IMG/VR virus record: IMGVR_UViG_3300032268_001078
Span: 32,001-96,000 of that record
Length of the DNA: 64,000 nucleotides
Source: a virus
Strand: one strand, 5' to 3'
Shown here in pieces: positions 19,417 through 26,774 of this stretch; position 1 is the stretch's first letter, and each line of letters begins with the position of its first letter. Under the pieces are notes generated by a model. That model was given only the letters and a program-made list of their open reading frames with translations, had not been told where the DNA came from and did no database searches. The position numbers were made by a program, and so were the translations under genes.

Positions 19417-19593
19417 AGAGTAGAGTTAAACTTTTGCTGAAAAGTCTTAAGTGTTGAGTTTTTCTGGTTTTGAATCTTGGATTTTGAATCTTAAGGCGTT
19501 CATCAATATCAATATCAAAGCATCATGTTATCGTTAGATAGTAATCTCTATCAGAGACGTCCGAAGACGGTGCTACTCATTCAACTCTACTCT
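19417..19593 (-). ncRNA. Unannotated structured RNA with periodic internal repeats
   Basis: 11-bp perfect terminal helix (19417-19427/19583-19593), C(UUCG)G tetraloop hairpin (19558-19569), 7-nt and 6-nt periodic tracts, no ORF. Confidence 0.7.
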
Positions 19594-19602
19594 TTAAATT
19601 GG

Positions 19603-20028
19603 TTATATCATTGTGAGAGCATTATATGCCTCAATTTCTTCTTGAAGAGTTTCAATCTGCTCTTCTATTTCTTTTATTTTAGAATCCTTAGTGAATAAGT
19701 TCATATGAGCTACATACTCAGAAGTAGTATCAGCATAACGATCCTTAATGGTCCCTTCCTGAGTTGATACAATGCGAAGTTTTGCAGCTATACTTTTCAA
19801 TTCTCCTAATTTAAAAATTTTATCAGCAATACCCACATTAGCAATATGAATCTTAGTTTTCAAATCAACCAATTGGTCTGTTAAATTAATCCAACTTTCA
19901 AATGCTTCGCCTGCATCATATCCTACACTTCCTTTTTCTGTTGAGTTGAATTTGCTGAAACGGATGTACATTTCATCGATTTGCTTTACAAGTTTCTTTT
20001 TGTGCTTTAATGCTTTAGTTAAGTTCAT
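19603..20028 (-). CDS. DIP1984-like (DUF6847-like) coiled-coil protein
   Basis: MNLTKAL..K..L N-terminus, LKTKI..AN, C-terminal IE.LQEEIEAYN.LT.I; start re-assigned because the upstream extension overlaps a tRNA-like element. Confidence 0.6.
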   Translation of the reverse strand: MNLTKALKHKKKLVKQIDEMYIRFSKFNSTEKGSVGYDAGEAFESWINLTDQLVDLKTKIHIANVGIADKIFKLGELKSIAAKLRIVSTQEGTIKDRYADTTSEYVAHMNLFTKDSKIKEIEEQIETLQEEIEAYNALTMI

Positions 20029-20048
20029 ATACTTTATTTTTATTTTAG

Positions 20049-20123
20049 TAATCAGGACAGGACTCGAACCTGTAAATGCGCTCCACTTGCTGTGGGTGTG
20101 TCTATCCATTCCACCACCTGATT
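20049..20123 (-). ncRNA. tRNA-like element (Leu-type body, non-canonical anticodon arm)
   Basis: Acceptor AATCAGG/CCTGATT; T arm identical to the 19255-19400 element; anticodon loop lacks U33. Confidence 0.55.
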
Positions 20124-20205
20124 ATTTTTTGCTCTTTATTCTATTACCCTTTTATTTCAGAGCTAACCTGCTTTACTTAAACGAGTTTTTCAAGGGTACA
20201 GGTTT

Positions 20206-20277
20206 TGGGAGCGGACCACGACTCGAACGTGAATTAAAGGTTATGAGCCTTTTGTGTTACCATTACACTAATCCGCT
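20206..20277 (-). tRNA. tRNA-Met(CAT), CCA encoded
   Basis: Acceptor AGCGGAT/GTCCGCT, arm AAAGG-CTCATAA-CCTTT, 3' C-CCA. Confidence 0.8.
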
Positions 20278-20279
20278 AG

Positions 20280-20352
20280 AGCCACCTGCAAGACTCGAAC
20301 TTGCGACCATCTGATTACAAATCAGAAGCTCTACCAACTGAGCTAAGGGGGC
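20280..20352 (-). tRNA. tRNA-Thr(TGT)
   Basis: TAGCTCAGTTGGTAGAGC D arm, TCTGA-TTTGTAA-TCAGA, GCAAGTTCGAGTCTTGC T arm. Confidence 0.9.
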
Positions 20353-20366
20353 TTTTGTGCTCTTAT

Positions 20367-20395
20367 AATATAAGAAAAAATATTATAAAAGCCAA
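20367..20395 (-). promoter_or_regulatory. Sigma70-type promoter for the tRNA cluster
   Basis: TTGGCT-N17-TATATT, 14 nt upstream of tRNA-Thr. Confidence 0.7.
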
Positions 20396-20399
20396 TTTT

Positions 20400-20588
20400 T
20401 TAGTATCTTTCTGGATGTTTATCCATTTCGACTACTTGTCTAACTCCAATTGAATCATTTAAAGTTAATGAATCTTTACATTGTGTTGAATCACATTTTG
20501 TTGAATCACAAGCTGAAGTTGAAGTTGTTTGGTTTGAGGTACAAGCTATAAAACCTACGATTGCTAAAACAATAAATATTTTTTTCAT
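20400..20588 (-). CDS. Small lipoprotein
   Basis: Signal II MKKIFIVLAIVGFIA-C; four D-S-(T/L/I) motifs. Confidence 0.7.
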   Translation of the reverse strand: MKKIFIVLAIVGFIACTSNQTTSTSACDSTKCDSTQCKDSLTLNDSIGVRQVVEMDKHPERY

Positions 20589-20596
20589 ATATTCAT

Positions 20597-20630
20597 ATTA
20601 TAAGAAAAAGAGCTTGGAAAACCAAGCTCT
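20597..20630 (-). promoter_or_regulatory. Sigma70-type promoter with overlapping terminator hairpin
   Basis: TTGGTT-N17-TATAAT; hairpin AGAGCTTGG-TTTT-CCAAGCTCT plus T tract. Confidence 0.78.
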
Positions 20631-20652
20631 CTTATTTAAAGTCTTTAGTTTT

Positions 20653-21030
20653 TTACCCAATATGATCATCTAAGTGATCAGGAATGCCATCACCATCTAT
20701 ATCTGCTATTTCATTATAACCTAATGCTTTAAAGAAATTAGCTACTCTAGCTTTTAAATCTCCATCAGTATCAGCAAACCAATCTTCTTTGATATTGTCG
20801 TGACTTAATAACACTGTTAGTGCTTCATAAAAAACATCAACATCATTGACAAGATAAATGTCTGGTGTATGAAAATCTAAACTAAATGCAAAATCATCGA
20901 TTTGAGGTATTTTTAACAAATCATCTGTTTTACCTATTTTCTTTTCAGTAGGTACTATACCTCCGAATTTATGGAAATACTCACCAACGTAAATATAACC
21001 TTGTTTTTCTTTTAATTGAAACTCACTCAT
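20653..21030 (-). CDS. Hypothetical protein (GIY-YIG/T5orf172-like N-terminus, DxDGDG C-terminal motif)
   Basis: GYIYV...KIGKT; DIDGDGIPDHLD. Confidence 0.35.
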   Translation of the reverse strand: MSEFQLKEKQGYIYVGEYFHKFGGIVPTEKKIGKTDDLLKIPQIDDFAFSLDFHTPDIYLVNDVDVFYEALTVLLSHDNIKEDWFADTDGDLKARVANFFKALGYNEIADIDGDGIPDHLDDHIG

Positions 21031-21872
21031 TATTTTAATAAATTATAGTATTCATTGAAATGTTTAATACGATCAGGTAGTCCAATTGTTCCACCATTAA
21101 CTCTTTTAGTTACTGCTGTTATTGTAGCTTGATCTGCTCCTTTGTCACAAATACTCCAAAGTTTATTTTTATCAAAAAACCAAGCAGCACTTGCTAAAGC
21201 ATACTTAGTTGATACTAAATCTGGGTTAGATAGAATATCTTCTAGAACTGTTTTATCAAATTGAGTATAGTTGTCTTTACCTGTTAATTGAATATAGCCT
21301 CTACCTCTGAATTTAAAACCGTCGCCTGTAGCTTCAGCGCCATTACCCATTCTTCCACCATAAACTCTATTAGCTATTTTTTGAGGTTGACGAGCATAAG
21401 ATTCTGCTAAAGCTGGAGTGAAGTATTTTGGAAAAATACCTAATAAGCCTTTTGAACTGTAGTTTAAATTTTCACTAGTTGCTTTGAATTGACCTGATTC
21501 ATGTCCTGCTTGTGCGAGGAAATGAGCTAAGCGCAATGTATTTGTGATGTTGAATTTAGCTGCGGTGTCAGGAATTGCTGCGATTACCGCATCTGGGATG
21601 TGACCTTTTAGTTTGTCTAACTTGAATGAGGTTGTAGAAATTGGCGCAGGTATCGTAGCTACAGCTGGAACAGCTACTACAGGAGTTACTGTTGGAAATA
21701 ATTTCTTCCAAGTATCATCACTTATTACACCATCATCGTTTAATCCATTTGCTTTTTGCCAAGCTTTTACAGCTATTTCAGTTTTAGGACCAAATGTTCC
21801 TATTGCTTCTACGCCTAACTTGATTTGTAATTTTTTGACGTCTTCACTTACGTCACCTCTTTTTAATAACAT
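21030..21872 (-). CDS. Endolysin: peptidoglycan-binding domain + GH19 catalytic domain
   Basis: G.FGPKTE.AVK.WQK..GL..DG; HFLAQAGHESG, FRGRGYIQLTGKDNY, VNGG..GL.DR. Confidence 0.9.
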   Translation of the reverse strand: MLLKRGDVSEDVKKLQIKLGVEAIGTFGPKTEIAVKAWQKANGLNDDGVISDDTWKKLFPTVTPVVAVPAVATIPAPISTTSFKLDKLKGHIPDAVIAAIPDTAAKFNITNTLRLAHFLAQAGHESGQFKATSENLNYSSKGLLGIFPKYFTPALAESYARQPQKIANRVYGGRMGNGAEATGDGFKFRGRGYIQLTGKDNYTQFDKTVLEDILSNPDLVSTKYALASAAWFFDKNKLWSICDKGADQATITAVTKRVNGGTIGLPDRIKHFNEYYNLLK

Positions 21873-21873
21873 A

Positions 21874-22281
21874 TTATTTTTCTTTATGATTGTCAATTTT
21901 GCTAAGAAGCATTGTCAATAACTCATTTTGTACTAACCCTGCTCTATTTGCATTTTTTAAGGCACTTATTAATTGAAATACAATAAATGGTGCCATTATA
22001 GTTTCACTTAACCAACTTGTTCCTTTAAATCCTATTTCAATCATAAGAATACAAGTTAACATTATAGTCCAAACTACTAATGTTTGAATAACTTTAATAG
22101 CTTTTCTAGTTTGAAATCCTTCTGTTTTAGTACCAGCCCACACTCCTAAAAAACCATCAGCAAATATTACTGCGACTAATGCTAAATACTGTTCAACATT
22201 GTCTGCTGTTAATTTCATGAAATATGTGCCTATAAAAGCACATACAGTGGTAAGCGATATTACTAATAAACTAGATTTCAT
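21874..22281 (-). CDS. Putative holin
   Basis: Several TM segments, DGFLG.WA motif, immediately upstream of the endolysin. Confidence 0.7.
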   Translation of the reverse strand: MKSSLLVISLTTVCAFIGTYFMKLTADNVEQYLALVAVIFADGFLGVWAGTKTEGFQTRKAIKVIQTLVVWTIMLTCILMIEIGFKGTSWLSETIMAPFIVFQLISALKNANRAGLVQNELLTMLLSKIDNHKEK

Positions 22282-22544
22282 CCTTTTTCTTCTTTGTCTT
22301 CAGGTTTATCTGTTGGTTTGTTTTTATGAACAAATTTATCTACAGAACCAATAGCAAAACTTCCCAACACAATTACCATAAATCCATCAAATATCATTCT
22401 GTTAATAACTAATTCTTTTCCCATGTAGCCAGTTATAATATCTACAAGAAATGCAATACACATTAATGAAAAAGCCACAAATCCAACTACTGATTTCTCA
22501 TTAATTGAATTACTATCATCAAATAAATTTTTAAACCAGCTCAT
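22278..22544 (-). CDS. Small 2-TM membrane protein (lysis-associated?)
   Basis: Two hydrophobic helices, charged tail, ATGA-coupled to the holin. Confidence 0.55.
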   Translation of the reverse strand: MSWFKNLFDDSNSINEKSVVGFVAFSLMCIAFLVDIITGYMGKELVINRMIFDGFMVIVLGSFAIGSVDKFVHKNKPTDKPEDKEEKG

Positions 22545-22546
22545 AC

Positions 22547-23014
22547 TTACTTATTTAATAATAAATATGTATTTTCAAATGACTTTTGTAGTGTTTTAGA
22601 AAATGTTTTTCTATTTAATGGAACCTCATTATTAGTCACATCTAAAAAAGCAGCAAATACATACGCTGTTTTCTTAGCTTTTCCTTTAAAACACTTTGTT
22701 CCAATACAAATACTTGTTTCTATAATATAGTCTTTCTTAAACCACTTTAAACCAAATATATTTAATTCTTGAGCTGGAGAATAAATACTGTCTATACTCA
22801 CTTGTACATCCATTCCATTTGAGTCTAAAAAATATCCATCATTTACAAATATTTCTTCTATATTTTCTTTTACTCCAAAAGTAACATCTCTGTCTTCTAC
22901 TTTTTTAATAGTTGAGTAATTTGAAACCTCATTTATTTTAATATGAATAGGTTCATTTTGTGGTGATAACAGCATTGCCGCTGCTATGTAAATTGTTTTT
23001 ATGTCAAATATCAT
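22547..23014 (-). CDS. Hypothetical, possibly exported protein
   Basis: Short hydrophobic N-terminus; ORF track. Confidence 0.45.
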   Translation of the reverse strand: MIFDIKTIYIAAAMLLSPQNEPIHIKINEVSNYSTIKKVEDRDVTFGVKENIEEIFVNDGYFLDSNGMDVQVSIDSIYSPAQELNIFGLKWFKKDYIIETSICIGTKCFKGKAKKTAYVFAAFLDVTNNEVPLNRKTFSKTLQKSFENTYLLLNK

Positions 23015-23025
23015 GTTTATAAATA

Positions 23026-24090
23026 TTAATTGTTAAATCCAGTTCTTATTAAATAATAATTTGATGATCCTTTATTTGTTAATCCAGTTATTGTTATTGA
23101 TTGTGTCCCTACATAAGTTGTTTTTAAATTTATTGTAGATGAATTTATTGTAGTATATTCTGTTGGACTAAATATTCTATAATACAATGTACCATTTTTC
23201 CAAGAATTTCCCAAAACTCTTCTGTAAGTTAAGTAAACGTCTGTTATTGTAAAATTGTTATCTCCATTTATGTCCATTCTATAATAATCTTTTGATACAA
23301 TAGATGGGTATAGTATTTTTTGATTAAATGTTTGAGCGTCACTTACTAATGGAGATGTAATAGTTAGTGCGTCTATTGTCATTTGAAAATCATAAGTATT
23401 AGCGTCTTGTGAAGATGTTAAAGAGTATTTTCCAGTAGCGTCTGTATTATTTGTACTTAGTAAAGTATATGTTGTAGCTGATTTTAACTTACTGTAAAGT
23501 TTTACAGGTATATTAGATATTCCTATTCCATTTGCTCCATAAATATAACCTGTGTAACTGAATGGATCTTGAGCTCCTGTAATAGTTGTTGAAAAATCAA
23601 ATGTATTTCCGTAAGCATATGTTCCACAAATAACAGGACTTCCTGAATACTGCATAACAAATCTCATATAAACTTTTCCATTATAAACTGATGTTGGTAC
23701 TGTAAATGTTGCCGTCATTGTTTTTGTTCCTGTCCAAGCAACATTGTAACTATGAACTAATTCACCAGCATCTGTTAAACTACCATTTCCATTAAAATCA
23801 ATCCACAGTTTAAAATACTCCATATAGTTTCCATTTGTAACTCCAGTATATGAAATAGAAATATTTTGACCTGCTGTAATTGTAGGAACTGCATTACTTG
23901 TGTAGTCATAGTATCCTGCTGGACTTCCTCCTGATGATGCCGCATATCCTGTTGAACCACCATATGTTTTTCCATTTATTGTAACACTATTAACATATTC
24001 ACAACAAAAATTTGTTGGTCTACTAGCACATAAAGGAGACTGAGCCTTTAATGTATTAAAAAATAATAATATAATCGTAATCCACCTCAT
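23026..24090 (-). CDS. Secreted protein with GEVED-like domain and dockerin-like Ca-binding motif
   Basis: Signal peptide; WIDFNGNG..D.GE GEVED-type motif; DINGDNNFTITD. Confidence 0.7.
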   Translation of the reverse strand: MRWITIILLFFNTLKAQSPLCASRPTNFCCEYVNSVTINGKTYGGSTGYAASSGGSPAGYYDYTSNAVPTITAGQNISISYTGVTNGNYMEYFKLWIDFNGNGSLTDAGELVHSYNVAWTGTKTMTATFTVPTSVYNGKVYMRFVMQYSGSPVICGTYAYGNTFDFSTTITGAQDPFSYTGYIYGANGIGISNIPVKLYSKLKSATTYTLLSTNNTDATGKYSLTSSQDANTYDFQMTIDALTITSPLVSDAQTFNQKILYPSIVSKDYYRMDINGDNNFTITDVYLTYRRVLGNSWKNGTLYYRIFSPTEYTTINSSTINLKTTYVGTQSITITGLTNKGSSNYYLIRTGFNN

Positions 24091-25439
24091 AATAACAACT
24101 TAGCTCCTAGTAAGATTTGAAAGTTTAAAATGTCTTGTTTTGCTACATATGTTCCACCAGCTGTTAAACCCATTCCAAAACTTTTTGTCATTTTATAAGT
24201 TAAATTTAAAAACGGTATAATTATAGGTTTGTTAGTTAAAAAGCTTTCTGTATAGTATTTCATGTAAGGTGCATAAATAGCTGCCATAATAACAGTAGAT
24301 TCTATTTTTTTAGTTAATTTTCCTTTATACATAAAACCACCAATAGCTAATGTTGAAATAAGCGGTTCTTCGTTCATTATTCCGTAAGTTCCTGCACATC
24401 CATATAAAGCGGTGAAAGATTTGATTGAGTTAACTCTAACAAACAAAGCTGTTGTACTCCACGTACCAGGCAATAATGAACCTGAACCAGAAACCACATT
24501 TATATGTTTATTACCTGCTTTATTAGTTCCTATCCAAGAACGCATTACACTTAAATTTCCTATTTTAGCATTTACCATATAATCAGCTGAGAAGCCTAAA
24601 CTAGCCGTTCCATCTCCTTTTACTCTTGTAAAGGACATTGTAGCTCTTGCGTCTTGAGCTCCATCTGCTTTAGATTGTATACCAACTATATCTCCAGTTA
24701 CTAAAATAGCTGGTTTTGCTACTTCTGCTTTTGCTTTACTTGTTGATTTAGCAACTGAATTAGAAGTAGTTTTGTTTTGTTCAGTTTTTTGTTCTTCTAC
24801 TTTTTGTTCATCAGGCTTTTTATCATCGGGTTTAGTTTCTGTTTTAGTTTCACTGCCTTTTCCTGAGTTGCCACCATTAGTTCCACCATTAGACCCAGAA
24901 CTACTAGACCCACTGTTATTAGACCCGCCATTATTATCGGAGTGATTGTCATTTGTATTGTCTCCATTATTTTTTGTTTCTTGTTTTTGTTCACTATTAT
25001 TATCAGATTTACTGTTGTTATCACCCCCAACATTAGTTCCAGAGGATGTTGCTCCTCCTACATTTATGTTACTCCCTACATTTGTTACACTACTAAAGTC
25101 TAAACTGGTTAGATTCATTACATTTCCAACTATATTTAAAGTTTGGTTTGTAGTTGTTGTTGTAGTTGTTGTTATTGCGGCTCCTTGACATGGACTTGTT
25201 GTTCTGTATTTATTATATAAATCATTCATCCAAATTTCTAAATTTCCTGTTTGAAGATCATTATAACTAAATGTTTTTGCTTGTCCATAATAAACTACAA
25301 CTATAGGGCTGTTCATATCAGCATATATAGTCTTCATATCCTTAGTACAAGGATCTACATATGTGTAAGTGAAGGACTGTCCCTTTAAGGACAGTCCCAC
25401 TAACATGAATAAAAATAATATTTTAATTTTTAAATACAC
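24087..25439 (-). CDS. Secreted protein with S/N/G-rich linker and probable outer-membrane beta-barrel C-terminus
   Basis: Signal peptide, low-complexity linker, alternating amphipathic strands ending LLGAKLLL. Confidence 0.5.
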   Translation of the reverse strand: MYLKIKILFLFMLVGLSLKGQSFTYTYVDPCTKDMKTIYADMNSPIVVVYYGQAKTFSYNDLQTGNLEIWMNDLYNKYRTTSPCQGAAITTTTTTTTNQTLNIVGNVMNLTSLDFSSVTNVGSNINVGGATSSGTNVGGDNNSKSDNNSEQKQETKNNGDNTNDNHSDNNGGSNNSGSSSSGSNGGTNGGNSGKGSETKTETKPDDKKPDEQKVEEQKTEQNKTTSNSVAKSTSKAKAEVAKPAILVTGDIVGIQSKADGAQDARATMSFTRVKGDGTASLGFSADYMVNAKIGNLSVMRSWIGTNKAGNKHINVVSGSGSLLPGTWSTTALFVRVNSIKSFTALYGCAGTYGIMNEEPLISTLAIGGFMYKGKLTKKIESTVIMAAIYAPYMKYYTESFLTNKPIIIPFLNLTYKMTKSFGMGLTAGGTYVAKQDILNFQILLGAKLLL

Positions 25440-26106
25440 CGGCTTTGATTAAGTTTTCTATAACCTTAACCGTAGCTGTTTCCAGTGATTTACGAGTTGC
25501 TTTACCTACTGTAGATTGACTAAATTTCATATCAAGAGACTTTAAAAAACTTTCTCCTGTTTTTGTTGCTTCACCATCTCCTGAACCTATAAAAATTTGT
25601 CCAGTTTGAGCATTTACAAATCTTACTTGTAATCTAATAAACGTTGTAACAACAACTTTACCTTTGGCACCACTAACTTCCTCGTCTTCATCAACAGCGA
25701 AATCAGCCACAGTGACATAAACAAAATACTGAGCAGCTTTAATTTTACCTTTTCCATCAATTGGTTCTTCAAATATACCTTTTTTAGATGCCTTAAACTG
25801 TGCTGCCATTTTATTTTTTATTTCTGCTTTTTCTTCAGTAAAAATAAAACGACCAGTTTCATCTAAATAATCTAATGTTGATTCAGCAAATCCTAAACCT
25901 ACATTTTTTTCTTGTAATGAAGGATAAAGTTTTAAGATTTTTTCTAAATCAATATTGATTACTTGAACAGTTTTCTTAATACTATCAGTATAGCCAGACA
26001 CTGAAGAAATACTTTTCTTTTCAGTTACTTCTGTTTCAGTAGTAGTTTTCATTGTACCACATCCAACTAACAATACTGTTAATAATAGACTACCAAGGAC
26101 CCTCAT
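25423..26106 (-). CDS. CsgG/HfaB-like lipoprotein
   Basis: Lipobox LLVG-C; TGRF, ..RFVNAQTGQI...G.GE strand pattern of the CsgG family. Confidence 0.65.
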   Translation of the reverse strand: MRVLGSLLLTVLLVGCGTMKTTTETEVTEKKSISSVSGYTDSIKKTVQVINIDLEKILKLYPSLQEKNVGLGFAESTLDYLDETGRFIFTEEKAEIKNKMAAQFKASKKGIFEEPIDGKGKIKAAQYFVYVTVADFAVDEDEEVSGAKGKVVVTTFIRLQVRFVNAQTGQIFIGSGDGEATKTGESFLKSLDMKFSQSTVGKATRKSLETATVKVIENLIKAGVFKN

Positions 26107-26410
26107 CTTCTGGTTTTTCGGTTTTAGCTGGTTTAGATTCTACAGTTGCTGGAGCTGCTTTCTCTTTAATAATAACTGTGTTAGTACCACCTGCTGCTTG
26201 TTGTTTTTGTTGATTTTCATTACTATTAGTAATGTTAATAACAGGAGCAGGAGCTGTAACAGCTGCTGGGGTTTCTACTTTTGGTTCTTCTCCACCACCT
26301 AAGTGGGTAGCAAACCATGCACCACCGGCAGTTACCGCGGTGGTAATAGCTCCGATGATGGCTTTTTTAACAGCGGACATTCCGCCTTCTTCTTTTTGTT
26401 CTTCTGACAT
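26090..26410 (-). CDS. Single-pass membrane protein with low-complexity tail
   Basis: AIIGAITTAVTAGGAWF helix; P/A/Q-rich tail. Confidence 0.55.
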   Translation of the reverse strand: MSEEQKEEGGMSAVKKAIIGAITTAVTAGGAWFATHLGGGEEPKVETPAAVTAPAPVINITNSNENQQKQQAAGGTNTVIIKEKAAPATVESKPAKTEKPEDEGPW

Positions 26411-26414
26411 GATA

Positions 26415-26771
26415 TTAACCTATTGTGTTTGACATTGATTGACCATCTTCTTCATCAACTTTTTGGATCAACATTTTGTCTCTGTCTTCAGAATTGAACC
26501 AGTAGTCAACTACTTTATTTAAATTTCCTACAAATGCACCTAAAAGAATAAGTAACATTTCTTTCCAGTTTTCAGCAATTTCAATATTAAACATTACTGC
26601 CATATTAATACCAAAAATAATGAAAAAGAATAAAAATAAAACGATGCCCGTAATTTTCCAACGGTTGTTTTGCATTTGTTGTAACATAAAGTAAAAGCGA
26701 TTCTTATCGTCTACTTCTACAAACTCTGATTTTCCACCCACAGCTTGTTTGATTTTGTCTTTTATACTCAT
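26415..26771 (-). CDS. 2-TM membrane protein
   Basis: Two hydrophobic helices; VVDYWF motif. Confidence 0.6.
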   Translation of the reverse strand: MSIKDKIKQAVGGKSEFVEVDDKNRFYFMLQQMQNNRWKITGIVLFLFFFIIFGINMAVMFNIEIAENWKEMLLILLGAFVGNLNKVVDYWFNSEDRDKMLIQKVDEEDGQSMSNTIG

Positions 26772-26774
26772 AAT

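Noticed and set aside
20029-20109. N-terminal extension of the DIP1984-like ORF (MDRHTH...)
   Set aside because: Overlaps the tRNA-like element; family-like sequence starts at M20028
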